Positions 44,244-56,899 of a DNA stretch of 64,000 bases are shown here, piece after piece; positions within the stretch are counted from its first letter, which is position 1, and each line of letters starts with the position of its first letter. The position numbers and the translations under genes are program-made. Source of the DNA: Octopus sinensis (lineage: Eukaryota); the NCBI RefSeq assembly GCF_006345805.1, contig NC_042997.1:209498001-209562000 (forward strand). The letters run 5' to 3'. The notes below the pieces were generated by a model. That model did no database searches. It was not told the origin of the DNA and was given only the letters and a program-made list of their open reading frames with translations.

Positions 44244-47200
44244 CCTCCACCACCACTGCCACCTCCACCACTCTGCCACCTCCACCACCACTGCCACCTC
44301 CACCACTCTGCCACCTCCACCACTCTGCCACCTCCACCACTCTGCCACCTCCACCACCACTGCCACCTCCACCACTCTGCCACCTCCACCACTCTGCCAC
44401 CTCCACCACCACTGCCACCTCCACCACTCTGCCACCTCCACCACTCTGCCACCTCCACCACCACTGCCACCTCCACCACCACTGCCACCTCCACCACTCT
44501 GCCACCTCCACCACCACTGCCACCTCCACCACTCTGCCACCTCCACCACCACTGCCACCTCCACCACTCTGCCACCTCCACCACTCTGCCACCTCCACTA
44601 CCACTGCCACCTACCACCACCCACTCCACCTCCACCACCTCTGCCAACCTCCACCACCACTGCCACCTCCACCACCACTGCCACCTCCACCACTCTGCCA
44701 CCTCCACAACACCACTGCCACCTCCACCACTCTGCCACCTCCACCACCACTTCCACCTCCACCACAATGCCACCTCCACCACCACTGCCACCTCCACCAC
44801 TCTTCCACCTCCACCACTCTGCCACCTCCACCACCACTGCCACCTCCACCACCACTGCTACCTCCACACACCTCTGCCACCTCCACCAACACTGCCACCT
44901 CCACCACTCTGCCACCTCCACCACCACTGCCACCTCACCACACTCTGCCACCTCCACCACCACTGCCACCACTCAACCACCACTGCCACCTCCACCACTC
45001 TGCCACCTCCACCACCACTGCCACCTCCACCACACTCGCCACCTCCACCACCACTGCCACCTCCACCACTTGCCACCTCCACCTCTGCCACCTCCACCAC
45101 CACTGCCCACCTCCACCACCCTGCCACCTTCACCACCACTGCCACCTCCACCACCACTGCCACCTCCACCACTCTGCCACCTCCACCACCTGCCACCTCC
45201 CCACTCTGCCACCTCCACCACCACTTCACTCCACCACTCTGCCACCTCCACACCACTGCCACCTCCACCACCACTGCCACCTCCACCACTCTGCCACCTC
45301 CACCACCACTGCCCCTCCACACCCACTGCACCTCCACCAATCTTGCCACCTCCACCCCCACTGCCACCTCCACCACCACTGCACCACCTCCAAACCACCA
45401 CCCACCCCACCACTCTGCCACCTCCACCACACTGCCACCTCCACCACTCTGCCACCTCCACCACCACTGCCACCTTCCACACCACTGCCACCGCAACACT
45501 CTGCACCTCCACCACCACTGCGCCACCTCCACCACTCTGCCACCTCCACCTACTACTCTCCACCTCCACCAACTCTGCCACCTCCACCACCACTGCCACC
45601 TCCACCACCACTGCCACCTCCACCACTCTGACCCCACCACCACACCATCCACCACCACTGCCACCTCCACCACTCTGCCACCTCCACCACCACTGCCAAC
45701 CTCCACCACTCTGCCACCTCCACCACTGCCACCTCCACCACAACTGACCACCTCCACCACCACTGCCACCTCCACCACCACTGCCACCTCCACCACTCTG
45801 CCACCTCCACCACCACTTCCACCTCCACCACTCTGCCACCTCCACCACCACTGCCACCTCCACCACCACTGCCACCTCCACCACTCTGCCACCTCCACCA
45901 CCACTGCCACCTCCACCACTCTGCCACCTCCACCACCACTGCCACCTCCACACCACTCTGCCACCTCCACCACTCTGCCACCTCCACTACCACTGCCACC
46001 TCCACCACCACTGCCACCTCCACCACTCTGCCACCTCCACCACCACTGCCACCTCCACCACCACTGCCACCTCCACCACTCTGCCACCTCCACCACCACT
46101 GCCACCTCCACCACTCTGCCACCTCCACCACCACTTCCACCTCCACCACCACTGCCACCTCCACCACCACTGCCACCTCCACCACCTTCCACCTCCACCA
46201 CTCTGCCACCTCCACCACCACTGCCACCTCCACCACCACTGCTACCTCCACCACTCTGCCACCTCCACCACCACTGCTACCTCCACCACTCTGCCACCTC
46301 CACCACCACTGCCACCTCCACCACTCTGCCCCCTCCACCACCACTGCCACCTCCCCTCCACCACACACTGCCACCTCCACCACTCTGCCACCTCCACCAC
46401 CACTGCCACCTCCACAACCACTCTGCCACCTCCACCACCACTGCCACCTCCACCACTCTGCCACCTCAACCACCACACCTCCACCACCACTGCCACCTCA
46501 ACCCACCCCCACCACTGCCACCTCCACCACTTGCCACCTCCACCACCACTTCCACCTTTCTTCCCCCCCTCCACCACTCTGCCACCTCCACCACCACTGC
46601 CACCTCCCCCACTCTGCCACCTCCACCACCACTTCCACCTCCACCACTCCACCTCCACCACCACTGCCACCTCCACCACCACTGCCACCTCCACCACTCT
46701 GCCACTTCCACCACCATGCCACCTCCACCACCACTTCCACCTCCACCAATCTGCCACCTCCACCACCACTGCCACCTCCACCACCACTGCCACCTCCACC
46801 ACTCTGCCACCTCCACCACCACTGCCACCTCCACCACTCTGCCACCTCCACCACCACTGCCACCTCCACCACCACTGCCACCCCGCCACCACCTCTGCCA
46901 CCTCCACCACCACTGCCACCTCCACCACTCTGCCACTCCACCACTACTTCCACCTCCACCACTTGCCAACTCCACCACCACTGCCACCTCCACCACCACT
47001 GCCACCTCCACCACTCTGCCACCTCCACCACCACCTCCACCACCACTGCCACCTCCACCACTCTGCCACCTCCACCACCACTGCCACCTCCACCACACTG
47101 CCACCTCCACCACTGCCACCTCCACCACCACTGCCACCTCCACCACCACTGCCACCTCCACCACCACTGCCACCTCCACCACTCTGCCACCTCCACCACC

Positions 47201-48697
47201 ACTGCCACCTCCACCACTCTGCCACCTCCACCACCACTGCCACCTCCACCACCACTGCCACCTCCACCACTCTGCCACCTCCACCACCACTGCCACCTCC
47301 ACCACTCTGCCACCTCCACCACCACTTCCACCTCCACCACTCTGCCACCTCCACCACCACTGCCACCTCCACCACTCTGACCTCCACCACTCTGTCCTCC
47401 ACTACCACTGCCACCTCCACCACCACTGCCACCTCCACCACTCTGCCACCTCCACTACCACTGCCACCTCCACCACCACTGCCACCTCCACCACTCTGCC
47501 ACCTCCACTACCACTGCCACCTCCACCACCACTGCCACCTCCACCACTCTGCCACCTCCACTACCACTGCCACCTCCACCACTCTGCCACCTCCACTACC
47601 ACTGCCACCTCCACCACCACTTCCACTTCCACCACTCTGCCACCTCCACTACCACTGCCACCTCCACCACTCTGCCACCTCCACTACCACTGCCACCTCC
47701 ACCACTCTGCCACCTCCACTACCACTGCCACCTCCACCACTCTGCCACCTCCACCACACACTGCCACCTCCACCACCGCTGCCACCTCCACCACTCTGCA
47801 CCTCCACCACTCTGCCACCTCCACTACACTGCCCCCTCCACCACCACTTCCACCTCCACCACTCTGCCCCTCCACTACCACTGCCACCTCCACCACTCTG
47901 CCACCTCCACTACCACTGCCACTCCACCACTCTGCCACCTCCACTACCACTGCACCTCCACCACTCTGCCACCTCCACCACTGCCACCTCCACCACTCTG
48001 CCACCACTACCACTGCCACCTCCACCACTCTGCCACCTCCACTACCACTGCCACTCCACCACCACTTCATTCCACACTCTGCCACCTCCACTACCACTGC
48101 CACCTCCACCACTCTGCCACCTCACTACCACTGCCACCTCCACACTCTGCCACCTCCACTACCACTGCCACCTCCACCACTCTGCCACTCCACTACCACT
48201 GCCACCTCCACCACCGCTGCCACCTCACCACTCTGCCACCTCCACCACTCTGCCACCTCCACTACCACTGCCACCTCCACCACCACTTCCACTTCCACCA
48301 CTCTGCCACCTCCACTACCACTGCCACCTCCACCACTCTGCCACCTCCACTACCACTGTCACCTCCACCACTCTGCCACCTCCACTACCACTGCCACCTC
48401 CACCACTCTGCCACCTCCACTACCACTGCCACCTCCACCACCGCTGCCACCTCCACCACTCTGCCACCTCCACCACTCTGCCACCTCCATCACTCTGTTA
48501 CATCCACCACCACCACCACTGCCACCTCCACCACTCTGCCACCTCCACCACCACTGCCACCTCCACCACCACTACCACTGATACCTCCATTACCACTGCT
48601 ACCTCCACCACTACCACTGCTGCCACCACCACCACTGCCAACTCTACCACCACTGCCACCTCCAACACCACTGCCACCTCCAACACCACTGCCACCA
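44244..48697. repeat. Compound 17/18-bp minisatellite (CCACCTCCACCACTCTG / CCACCTCCACCACCACTG), about 4.4 kb
   Basis: Direct reading. A CCACTACCACTG variant dominates after about 47400. Explains the PPPP/VVEVA/WWRWQ ORFs. Confidence 0.98.
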
Positions 48698-48789
48698 ACG
48701 TTGTTTCCACTAAGGGAAATTCTTTGTGGTTGTTTCACTGCTAGAAATAGCAGCCAAGACTCCCTCAACTTGCACCTTGATTGAGTGTT

Positions 48790-49080
48790 CACATTATATA
48801 ATGTGGCACTTGGTCAATTATGACGATGAATGTTCCATTGTATTTGACCAGTGGAACAACCAGCCTGTGGAATTAACGTGAAAGGGGCTGAGTGCTCCAC
48901 AGACATGCATGCCCTGTGTCACAGAATGGGACAAGGCTGACCCCTTTGAATTACAGCTGAATGGACTGGAGCAATGTGAAATAAAGTGTCTTGCTCAAGG
49001 ACACAGCACACTGCTGGGAATTGAACTCATGACCTTACAATTGTGAGCTGAATACCCTAACCACTAAATCACAATGCCTT
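48790..49080 (-). mobile_element. tRNA-headed CORE-type SINE
   Basis: GTGTCTTGCTCAAGGACAC is the reverse complement of the CORE-like GTGTCCTTGAGCAAGACAC. B-box reverse complement GGAATTGAACTC at about 49017-49028. Confidence 0.7.
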
Positions 49081-49281
49081 CACAATGTACTCCTAGGTAC
49101 CCCTAAAAAATACAGAATGAACCTAGTTGGCTCTTGTTTGATTTGTGCTGACCTGAAGTTAACAACAACAATAACAGAAGTGAACAGTTCTATATTTAAG
49201 AGATGAGGAATTGTATACATTATGTACATTATTTACATTATTTACATTTGACGGATATTTGTCCTCATCTTGTTTGTTGTT

Positions 49282-49327
49282 AACACAACGTTTCGGCTGA
49301 TATACCCTCCAGCCTTCTTCAGGTGTC
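49282..49327 (-). ncRNA. Minimal type I hammerhead ribozyme motif (intact copy)
   Basis: Minus strand GACAC-CTGAAGA-A-GGCTG-GAGGGTATAT-CAGCC-GAA-ACGT-T-GTGTT: 5-bp stem I, 5-bp stem II, palindromic ACGT stem III, GUU triplet. Confidence 0.82.
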
Positions 49328-49513
49328 TTGGGGAAATTTCGAACCTGGGTTCTCATTCCTAAGGTATTTTTCGATGTTATTATTATTATTACTAACCCCA
49401 AGATTCCGAGTTCAATTCCAGGCAGTGACCTGAATAATAATAATAATAGTAATAATAATAATAACATCGAAAAATACCTTAGGAATGAGGACCCAGGCTC
49501 GAAATTTCCCCAA

Positions 49514-49559
49514 GACACCTGATGAAGGGTGGAGGGTACATCAGCCGAAACATTGTGTT
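49514..49559 (+). ncRNA. Minimal type I hammerhead ribozyme motif (inverted partner, mutated)
   Basis: GACAC-CTGATGA-A-GGGTG-GAGGGTACAT-CAGCC-GAA-ACAT-T-GTGTT. Stem II has a C>G change and stem III is ACGT>ACAT relative to the partner. Confidence 0.72.
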
Positions 49560-50534
49560 AACACACAAGATGAGGACAAATATCTGTCGAATGTAAATAA
49601 TGAATAGAAGTGAAGTTTTTAGGAATGCATTTAAGTAATTGTTATAATGTGGATCCTTGTCCACTTGTATGTTATTGTCGGAACTGTAATATTCTGGTCA
49701 CCACTATTATGTTATGGCAGTATTCCGTGTCTTGTTATCTTTGACTCATCTATCATGCTATTGCTGATAGTTCCGCATGACGACTTTGAAACATCTGCCT
49801 TGACGGTGACTTGAACTCATATATATCACATAACTGACACTGACTCCAACTGAGAACTTGTACAATGACTCTACTACTGCTGGCCCCCTACAACGACTGA
49901 CTGTCTGACTTTATAGTGGCTGTGTCATACCACTTTGTCATGTGGGAGGGCATGTGCCATTTTCACTGCAACAGGAACATTATTATAGGGTTCCCCTTCA
50001 ATAAAACAAGGATGAGCTTTGTCATAGGAATCCAAAACAATTTCCTGTTACTTGCTATTTCTCTTCCTAATAAAAAAATTACACATTTCCTAACTTTGTA
50101 AGAATTATCCTCCCATCCATCCATCCATCCATTCACCCCACTTTTTAAAAAGCACCCAGAACACTCTGTAAAGTGGTTGGCATTGCAAAGGGCATCCAGC
50201 TTGTAGGCACAATGCCAATTAGCAGACATTAGTGTAAAATGTAATCCTTGAACCTATCAGATTTTGGTCAAAACGTCCCACCCATGCCAGTGTGGAACAA
50301 GGGCAATAAGGGATGATTGTGATAGTGATGATTGTCAGTCTGCGATGATAACTGAAGGCTATGTCATTACAATGCTGAATAAAATGAAACCATGAAGAAC
50401 CATCTTGATAAAGTGCAATGAGAACTGGATAAAGCTGGATGCTTTCTTCTTTCCATCTTTGAGTCAGGAAGGAATGTAGAGCCCATGGCTGGGCTTCCAG
50501 TATTTGTGGAAGGAAGAGAGAAAGATATGCTTAA

Positions 50535-50739
50535 CTCTTTAGCATTTAAACCAGCCATATCCGGTCCAAATATTCTGTTTTATTTCAAATTGGCCCTTCA
50601 CATTTCCCTAACAATGTCAGTCTAAAAATAGACAACCACATCCTTGAAATCTCTAAACTATAAAACAATGCTTGGTTAATTTAAGGCAACATGAATAAAT
50701 AAACTTTACATTGGACAGAATAATCTGAATGCTAAAGGG
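50535..50739. mobile_element. piggyBac-like MITE
   Basis: TTAA|CTCTTTAGCATT ... AATGCTAAAGGG|TTAC. Homolog of 57828-58048. Confidence 0.75.
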
Positions 50740-51009
50740 TTACACCGGAGTGGGAGCTGGTCCAAATGTTTGCATCAAAGGGGGTTTCTGCTAAATGGAC
50801 TCTAGGTGTCAGATGGTCGTGTTAAACAGGGCAATGAGTTAAGTCTATCAAGCAGGGCTGGAGGATGAACACAAGCACAAAGACACACACACACACACAA
50901 CAACTGTAAGTTGTGATATAACATTTAAACTGAAATTCCAGTATTTGGATTTAGTTTTCACAATCCCAGCATTTCACTTCGTACCACCATTTGGGGTCAC
51001 AACCCATGG

Positions 51010-51502
51010 TTTAATCTTTTCATTATTGTATTTATTTTGAGATGCTCTGTGTTTCTTTCAATTACTTTAAATATAACAAAGAATTTAGTAAAATAACATA
51101 ATTATCATTAGTTAGTAAAATAACTTAATTATCATTAAGCTGGTGTTAGGAACATTAATTGTAACTAAGGTTTGGTGAAAGATTTTAATGCAGAACTTAT
51201 GAAAACAAAACATTTGCACTACAGAGCCAGAGGTGGTTTTAGCTGGGTCAGTATGAAAAGGGTTAAATTAATCATTTGTTAACCCTTTTGTCACCTTATT
51301 TCTGTTGAGATGTTCTGTGTTTCTTTCAATTACTTTAAATATAATAAAGAAATTAGTAAAATAACTTAGTTATCATTCAGCTGGTGTTAGGAACATAAAT
51401 TGTGACTAAGGTTTGGTGGAAGATTTTAATTCAAAACTTATGAAAACAAGACATTTGTACTCAGAGCCAGAGGCAGTTTCAACAAGGTTCGTAACAAAAG
51501 GG
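51010..51502. mobile_element. Two tandem piggyBac-like MITEs
   Basis: The second copy is TTAA|CCCTTTTG (51283) ... CAAAAGGG|TTAA (51502). The first copy is homologous and ends AAAGGG|TTAA at 51262. Confidence 0.8.
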
Positions 51503-51587
51503 TTAAGAAGCGCTGCCCTAGAGCATAGGGAGTCTAACAAATACCACAACCTGTTCTGTCTGATGCTTTAGTGACTCTGCTTATTCA

Positions 51588-51976
51588 TCTCTCTCTATAT
51601 AAAGCTGAAGTTGTCTGTGTATGGCAGGTTTGGTAGCCTTCAACTAACACTATCTCCTCCAAGACCCTGCGACACAAGTTGACCAAAATTGAGATTACGA
51701 TAGAAGGCTTGCTCTTCCTTCCATAGAAGAAAAAATTCAAATCGGACCATGTTAACACCAAAAATTATTTACATCAAAAAGGTGCTTTTTTTCTATGAAA
51801 ATCCCTATTTTTAATGATTTTTTTACTGCTGTGTCGCCATTTTTCGGTGTATTTCAACCAGAACAATGTTCACTTAAAGAGAATAACAAGCTACATAATG
51901 CAAAATTTTTACTTTTCAAAAATTCCAATTCTAAAGGGTCGAAACAAACCTGAGCAACGCCGGGCAATACTGCTAG
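51588..51976 (+). mobile_element. Non-autonomous Helitron-like element, copy 3
   Basis: A|TC...CTAG|T ends. Homologous to 31359 and 39881. Confidence 0.8.
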
Positions 51977-53059
51977 TTTACCAATAAATTTAGAAATATT
52001 TACTCAGTGTCTGAATGTTTGTCACAATCTGTTGTTAGAAAGGTTTTATTATAAACTTCCTGGCTGCTAACCTCGTTTTTAAACAGGAAGCATCTGCGTG
52101 GATCCCGAAAGAAGTGTTTATTTATTGTTAAGTATGACTTGTGTGCTTGACAAGTTTGCTTCCTATTCACATGGTTTTAGGTTCAGTTCTGTTGTGCGGA
52201 ACCTTGCACCACAAATGGCTTCTGCTTTTACTCTGAGCCAACCAAAGCCCTGCCAGTGGATTTTTCTGTCGGTTGAAACCGAAAGAAATCCATTGTGTGT
52301 GTGTGTGTGTGCATCTGCGTGTGTGCATGTGTGAGTCTGTGCATGCATGTGTGTGTGTGTGCATGCGTGTGTGTCTGTGCATGTGTGTGTTTTCTGTCTT
52401 CTTGTTTTGACATTTTGTAATAATTGTAAATGAGTGTCACTGTTGTACAAGCAGTGTCGTTCACTTCCAATATTCTGCCGAAAAAGCATTTTCTGACCAG
52501 GGGGGAAATATTACCTTGTTTGGAAACAGGTAAGGGCTGGCCAACAGGAAGGGCGTCTGGATGTAGAAAACCTGCCTCAATAAATTCTGTCCAACCTTAG
52601 CAAGCATGGAAGAGTGGGTGTTAAAATGACGATGTTTAAATGTTTGAGACAATCTATTCATAAGTTTATAAACTTCCTGACTATTAACCTGTTTCCACTC
52701 CAATCTAGAACCATCTATACGCATCCAAGAAAGATGGCATTTAGATATTGCTGGGTGTGGAAGAAAGGGGCAGTGCCCATGACTTTTGTAGGTTTATACA
52801 TGCAAGACAGATATGAGCAGGGAAGGAATTCCCGAGGGACTAGAGACAGTGGTTAGAGTGTGGCTTCGAAGATTGGGCAGAGAACAAGGGTGATAAGAAG
52901 GGGAGTGGAGACAAATGGATAAGGAATGAAGTGCGTTAGCAGGATGAACAGGGGCCATTGTAGTAGATAACTTAGATATATTTCAGCCAAAGATTGGCCC
53001 AGGCCATGTCTAAATTAAGACCTGATAGGATCTGTTAAGTGATTTTTAAGTCAAGTCTG

Positions 53060-53400
53060 AAGGTATCATGGTCCATTCAAGTAAGGAGTTGTTATTGACT
53101 GAGATGTATCCAGGTACAGGGGACTTGTGTGGCATCCCTTTAAAAAGTTGGTCCAGATTTCATTTGAGGGTGATGGGATCTTTTTCTTCTCTGGTTTGTT
53201 TTAGGACAATGTTAAATAGAAAAGGGCCTATTGAAGTAAAGTGATTGTGTTGCAGTGAATTTATGCGTCGTGAGTCTGAATGGCGCAGAAGGCATATGTA
53301 TGGCACGGGGGTCCCAGCCTCGGATGAATTCTTTATTTGACTTTAAGGTCATTCAGGCAATGTTGGCAGTAGATTCTCCACATTCAGCAAACATGTAGCA
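53060..53400 (-). pseudogene. Degenerate CR1-group LINE C-terminal fragment
   Basis: Minus translation ..LQHNHFTSIGPFLFNIVLKQTREEKDPITLK*NLDQLFKGMPHKSPVPGYISVNNNSLLEW resembles F...GP.LFN.LP...R.......FK..LD.FL..PD.P..PGY...NSLL. Confidence 0.7.
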
Positions 53401-53683
53401 CTCATGGTGGTGTAGTGAGTCATAAAATGCGGCAATATCATGATGTAATGGTCGTTTGCCCGAATAAGCATAATTGTTGGTAATTCCATTGGTTAAAATT
53501 ACTGCCCAGATACGAATTCTAAACTTTCGTCAAAGAAATCTTTCACGAAATACAGTTCTTAGAATTTGGATATGAGCAGTTATAAAAACCCTGATTTTTG
53601 GGGAAATTACTCAGTGATCATAGGATGTTACTAAACTCCACAACACTCACAATAGTAATCGTTGGATGTTAATAAACTCCATG

Positions 53684-53969
53684 GCCTAGTGGTTAGAGCA
53701 GCGGTCGAGGGATCACGGGTTCGAATCTCAGACTGGGCGATGTGTGTGTTTATGAGCGAAACACCTAAGCTCCCCGTGGCTCCGGTAGAAGGTAATGGCG
53801 AACGTCTGCTGACTCTTTCACCACAACTTTCTCTCACTCTTTCCTCCTGCATCTTGCAGCTCACCTGCGATGGACTGGTGTCCCATCCAGGTGGGGAACC
53901 TATACGCCAAGAAACCGGGAAACCGGCCCTTATGAGCCAGGCATGGCTCGAGAAGGAACAAACAACAAC
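53684..53969 (+). mobile_element. tRNA-derived SINE (family H head, V-domain-like body) with 11-bp TSD
   Basis: TSD TAAACTCCATG at 53673-53683 and 53970-53980. B-box GGTTCGAATC. CCTGCGATGGACTGGTGTCCCATCCAGG resembles the V-SINE domain. (AAC)n tail. Confidence 0.85.
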
Positions 53970-55074
53970 TAAACTCCATGACATTCACTCTTTGAGATAT
54001 TGGCTACTTTTTCATGCCATGTCTATGGCTTAAATCCAACAAGACTTATTTGAATTGTTGTGAACTCTAGTATTTAGTATGAAGAATTAGCTAGTGTGAA
54101 TTTTAAGTTGTAACTCTCTACGACAAAATGACTTTACTTTCCAATTGTACTACAAAAGCTAAATGTACATAAGTAAAATAATGTAGTAATTATTTTCTCT
54201 TTCTTCACGTTCTTCAACTTGTTAATGAAATTTATTTCTGCAATTATGAAACTGTGTATTTTTTTATAGCAGTTAAAAGAACTCAAATTTATTTATCTTC
54301 AACATACATGCGCACATAAAATATCCGTTAGCATTTCAGAGTATCTATTTCTCGCTATGGCATTTATGTAGCTGGAGTCAAGATTTATGTATAATGATAA
54401 CACTTAGAGAAGTAAGTTATAAGTGATGTGTTTATCAATATGTATTCCTACTTCAAAAGTAAAATTATATTTATTCTCTATTTCCAAATAGGAAACGTAT
54501 AAAAGTAGTGTTACACAAACAGTAACAAAATGCGACTATAAAAGTGGCTTTGCAGAGAATAAATTTTCAATGTTTTAAAGTGGTCTTAATAACCATGATC
54601 AGTCATGCCTTTGTGTTTTTAGTGAATGCATACAATACAATTGTATATTCATAAATCAATGCAAATAAACAAAGCCAGCTCATCAGATCACTGGAATATC
54701 ATGGTGACATCAACATGCACACAAAATTTACTCCTATATGTATATATATATATATATATATATCATTATCATCATCATCATCATCGTTTAACATCCGTTT
54801 TCCGTGCTAGCACGGATTGGACAGTTCGACCAGGGTCTGGGAAGCCAGAAGGCTGCACCAGGCCCAGTCTGATATGGCAGTGTTTCTACAGCTGGAAGCC
54901 CTTCCTAATGCCACCCACTCTGTGAGTGTAGTGGGTGCTTTTTACGTGCCACCAGCACAGGTGCCAAGGGATGCTGGCATCAGCCATGTTTGGGTGGTGC
55001 TTTTTACGTGCCACCGGCACAGGTATCACAACTACAATTTCCATTTGATATATATATATATATATATTCTTTTA

Positions 55075-55276
55075 TTCTTTATTCTTTTACTTGTTTCAGT
55101 CATTTGACTGTGGCCATGCTGGAGCACTGTCTTTAGTCAAACAAATTGACCCCAGGACTTATTCTTTGTAAGCATGGTACTTGTTCTATCGGTCACTTTT
55201 GCTGAACCGCTAAGTTACAGGGATATAAACACCAACACCGGTTGTCAAGCGATGATGGGTGGGGGGGACAAACTCA

Positions 55277-55313
<37 letters not shown>

Positions 55314-55470
55314 CTGGCTTCTTTCAGTTTCCATCTACCCAATCCATTCACAAGGCTTTGGTAGGCCCAAGGCTATAGTAGAAGACACTTGCCCAAGGTG
55401 CCACACAGTGGAACTGAACCCGGAATCATGTGGTTAGGTAGCAAGCTACTTACCACACAGCCACTCCTGC
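55075..55470 (-). mobile_element. CORE-type SINE (family B)
   Basis: Reverse complement of the 55841-56248 copy. Confidence 0.85.
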
Positions 55471-55609
55471 AACTATATATATATTACTATTTCACTTAGG
55501 CATATTGAGATTAATAATAACCTGGTGTTGAACTCAATATGTGTTTGGTCCAGAACATAATGTTAGATAAGAGTTGTAATATGAAAAAAGAGATGACATC
55601 AGAAAAACC

Positions 55610-55685
55610 AGCCGTTTCTGCTATAAGATGCAGTGAGCTCTTAGTTGAGTACCCAGATAATGTCCTGTAACTTCATCAGAGCCTT
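55610..55685 (-). ncRNA. Hammerhead-like motif, left arm of palindrome (3' stem I deleted)
   Basis: Minus strand AAGGCT-CTGATGA-A-GTTACAGGA-(34 nt)-TCTTATAGC-A-GAAA-CGGCTG. About 30 nt missing after stem III relative to the partner. Confidence 0.55.
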
Positions 55686-55840
55686 GAATATGAAGTCTAT
55701 TTGGGAAAATTACATTTTTGGAACATACAAACGTTACGAGTAAGAAGGTTTATGTTGATGCCTATGGAAAATCCTGTCCAAAAGTCATAATGCATGTATG
55801 TTCTGAAAATGTAATTTTCTCAAATAAAGTGCACTTTATA

Positions 55841-56248
55841 GGCGCAGGAGTGGCTGTGTGGTAAGTAGCTTGTTTACCAACCACATGGTTCTGGGTTCAG
55901 TCCCACTGCGTGGCATCTTGGGCAAGTGCCTTTTACTATAGCCTCGGGCCGAAATGCCTTGTGAGTGGATTTGGTAGACGGAAACTGAAAGAAGCCCGTC
56001 GTATATATCATCAATATATATATGCGTGTGTGTGTTTGTGTGTCTGTGTTTGTCCCCCTAGCTTCGCTTGACAACCGATGCTGGTGTGTTTATGTCCCCG
56101 GTCACTTAACGGTTTGGCAAAAGAGACCGATAGAATAAGTACTGGGCTTACAAAAGAATAAGTCCTGGGGTCGAGTTGCTCGATTAAAGGCGGTGCTCCA
56201 GTATGGCCGCAGTCAAAATGACTGAAACAAGTAAAAGAGTAAAGAGAG
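55841..56248 (+). mobile_element. Full-length CORE-type SINE (family B) with TTATA TSD
   Basis: GGCGCAGGAGTGGCTGTGTGGTAAG head, GGTTCAGTCC B-box-like motif and ...GAAACAAGTAAAAGAGT tail. TTATA at 55836-55840 and 56249-56253. Confidence 0.9.
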
Positions 56249-56256
56249 TTATAGTC

Positions 56257-56330
56257 AAGGCTCTGATGAAGCTACAAGACATTATCTGGTTGCACAACTA
56301 AGAGTCTAACACAGAAACAGCTGTAACCTA
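56257..56330 (+). ncRNA. Hammerhead-like motif, right arm of palindrome (stem II partly deleted)
   Basis: AAGGCT-CTGATGA (56263-56269)...GAAA (56314-56317), palindrome ACAGCTGT (56317-56324), GUA triplet, then ACCT. Confidence 0.55.
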
Positions 56331-56398
56331 ATGAAGTTCATTGCATAACATTTGTTTGTTCTGGTGTCATCTCTTTGTTCTCATATATATATATATAT

Positions 56399-56446
<48 letters not shown>

Positions 56447-56458
56447 TATTTATGTATT

Positions 56459-56489
<31 letters not shown>

Positions 56490-56534
56490 TATTTATGTAT
56501 TTATATATATATATATATATTAGAAATATTTATG

Positions 56535-56572
<38 letters not shown>

Positions 56573-56778
56573 TATTTACGTATTTATATATATATATATA
56601 TACATACATAATTTACAAGATAAGGGCAGAAGAAAAATTCTAATGCCAGATACGCCGAAACAGAAAAATTGTTGATAACCATTAAAATTATGCGCATAAA
56701 TTTAATGGTTATCGACAATTTTTTGATATGCTGGCCATTGATAAAATTTTTTTCCAGAAAAAAATTTTATCCTATATC

Positions 56779-56817
<39 letters not shown>

Positions 56818-56899
56818 TATATATATATAAATATATATATTTGTAAATATATATATTTGCGAAGGCTAGACAGGCATCTCAACCAGCAGGTTTCACTAT

